From assembly GCA_964016885.1 (NCBI GenBank), contig OZ024747.1, forward strand, positions 9,610,001-9,674,000: a stretch of 64,000 bases of DNA. The letters are read 5' to 3'. The position numbers and the translations under genes were made by a program. Shown here in pieces: positions 63,378-64,000 of this stretch. Source of the stretch: Eledone cirrhosa (Eukaryota). Within the stretch, counting starts at the first letter, position 1. The number at the start of each line of letters is the position of its first letter. The notes under the pieces are model-generated. The model saw only the letters and a program-made list of their open reading frames with translations, had not been told where the DNA came from and searched no databases.

Positions 63378-64000
63378 AAAATACATCTTGTGAAAAAAGT
63401 ATGAAAGTAAACATAAGCTGGTAGTTAAGATTCTGTAGATATTATTTCAGTGAGAATAACTAAACAGAGTTTAGTGCAACTTCAGAACATATATATGTAT
63501 CTATACTATAGGGGATTCCTTAGAAAAACATCTAAAGGCTTGTTTCTTCCAAAAGCAGATTGCTGTTATATGAGAATGCACAAAAAACATCTTGGCAGAA
63601 TCTTGAGTAAAATGGATTCCTACCATTGCTATATTTTGATAGGGTTGATTTAGTGACATGACTGATTTATAAATTGTTGGCAATTTAAGGTATATAAACA
63701 CACACACACACACATATATACACACACATATACACACACACACAGGGTATCTCCTAAAAAGAATGGTGTTGAAATGTGTATACATTTTAAGGGGACTCCC
63801 TGTATATTTATAGATATATAGTTTTATGTATATATAATAGAACTATGTGTATATATATGTGTGTGTGTGTGTGTATAGTTCAAGAATAAACAAAACAAAT
63901 ACAGAGATATAAAAACACGAAGTTCACACTATTTATATCAATGTATTATTGATGGACGTGAGAAAAAGTACTCAATACCAAAGGAGAGATTAAATATTCA

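Overview
This is AT-rich, repeat-saturated eukaryotic (animal) DNA with no host protein-coding gene I can recognise. The SINE families, (TA)n/(CA)n/(CAT)n microsatellites and MITEs are most consistent with an octopus or other coleoid cephalopod genome (inference, not searched). The window holds a ~7.5 kb array of a 26-bp satellite and many minisatellites. It also holds numerous tRNA-derived SINEs (CORE-domain and Meta-domain-like) and decayed 3' fragments of non-LTR retrotransposons from four clades (RTE, CR1, R4/Dong, CRE). There are piggyBac-, Tc1/mariner- and hAT-type MITEs, and several short Penelope-like fold-back elements in (TA)n tracts. Three loci (11803-11854, 22648-22718, 39731-39795) fold by hand into complete or near-complete minimal type I hammerhead ribozymes. 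Nearly all long ORFs in the supplied track are artefacts of simple repeats. The most interesting observations are the hammerhead/fold-back family, the repeated birth of minisatellites from transposon ends, in-window evidence for an RTE LINE-SINE pair with interchangeable SINE tails, and a fish Rex3/Expander-like RTE fragment. I do not see firm evidence for a wholly new biological system.
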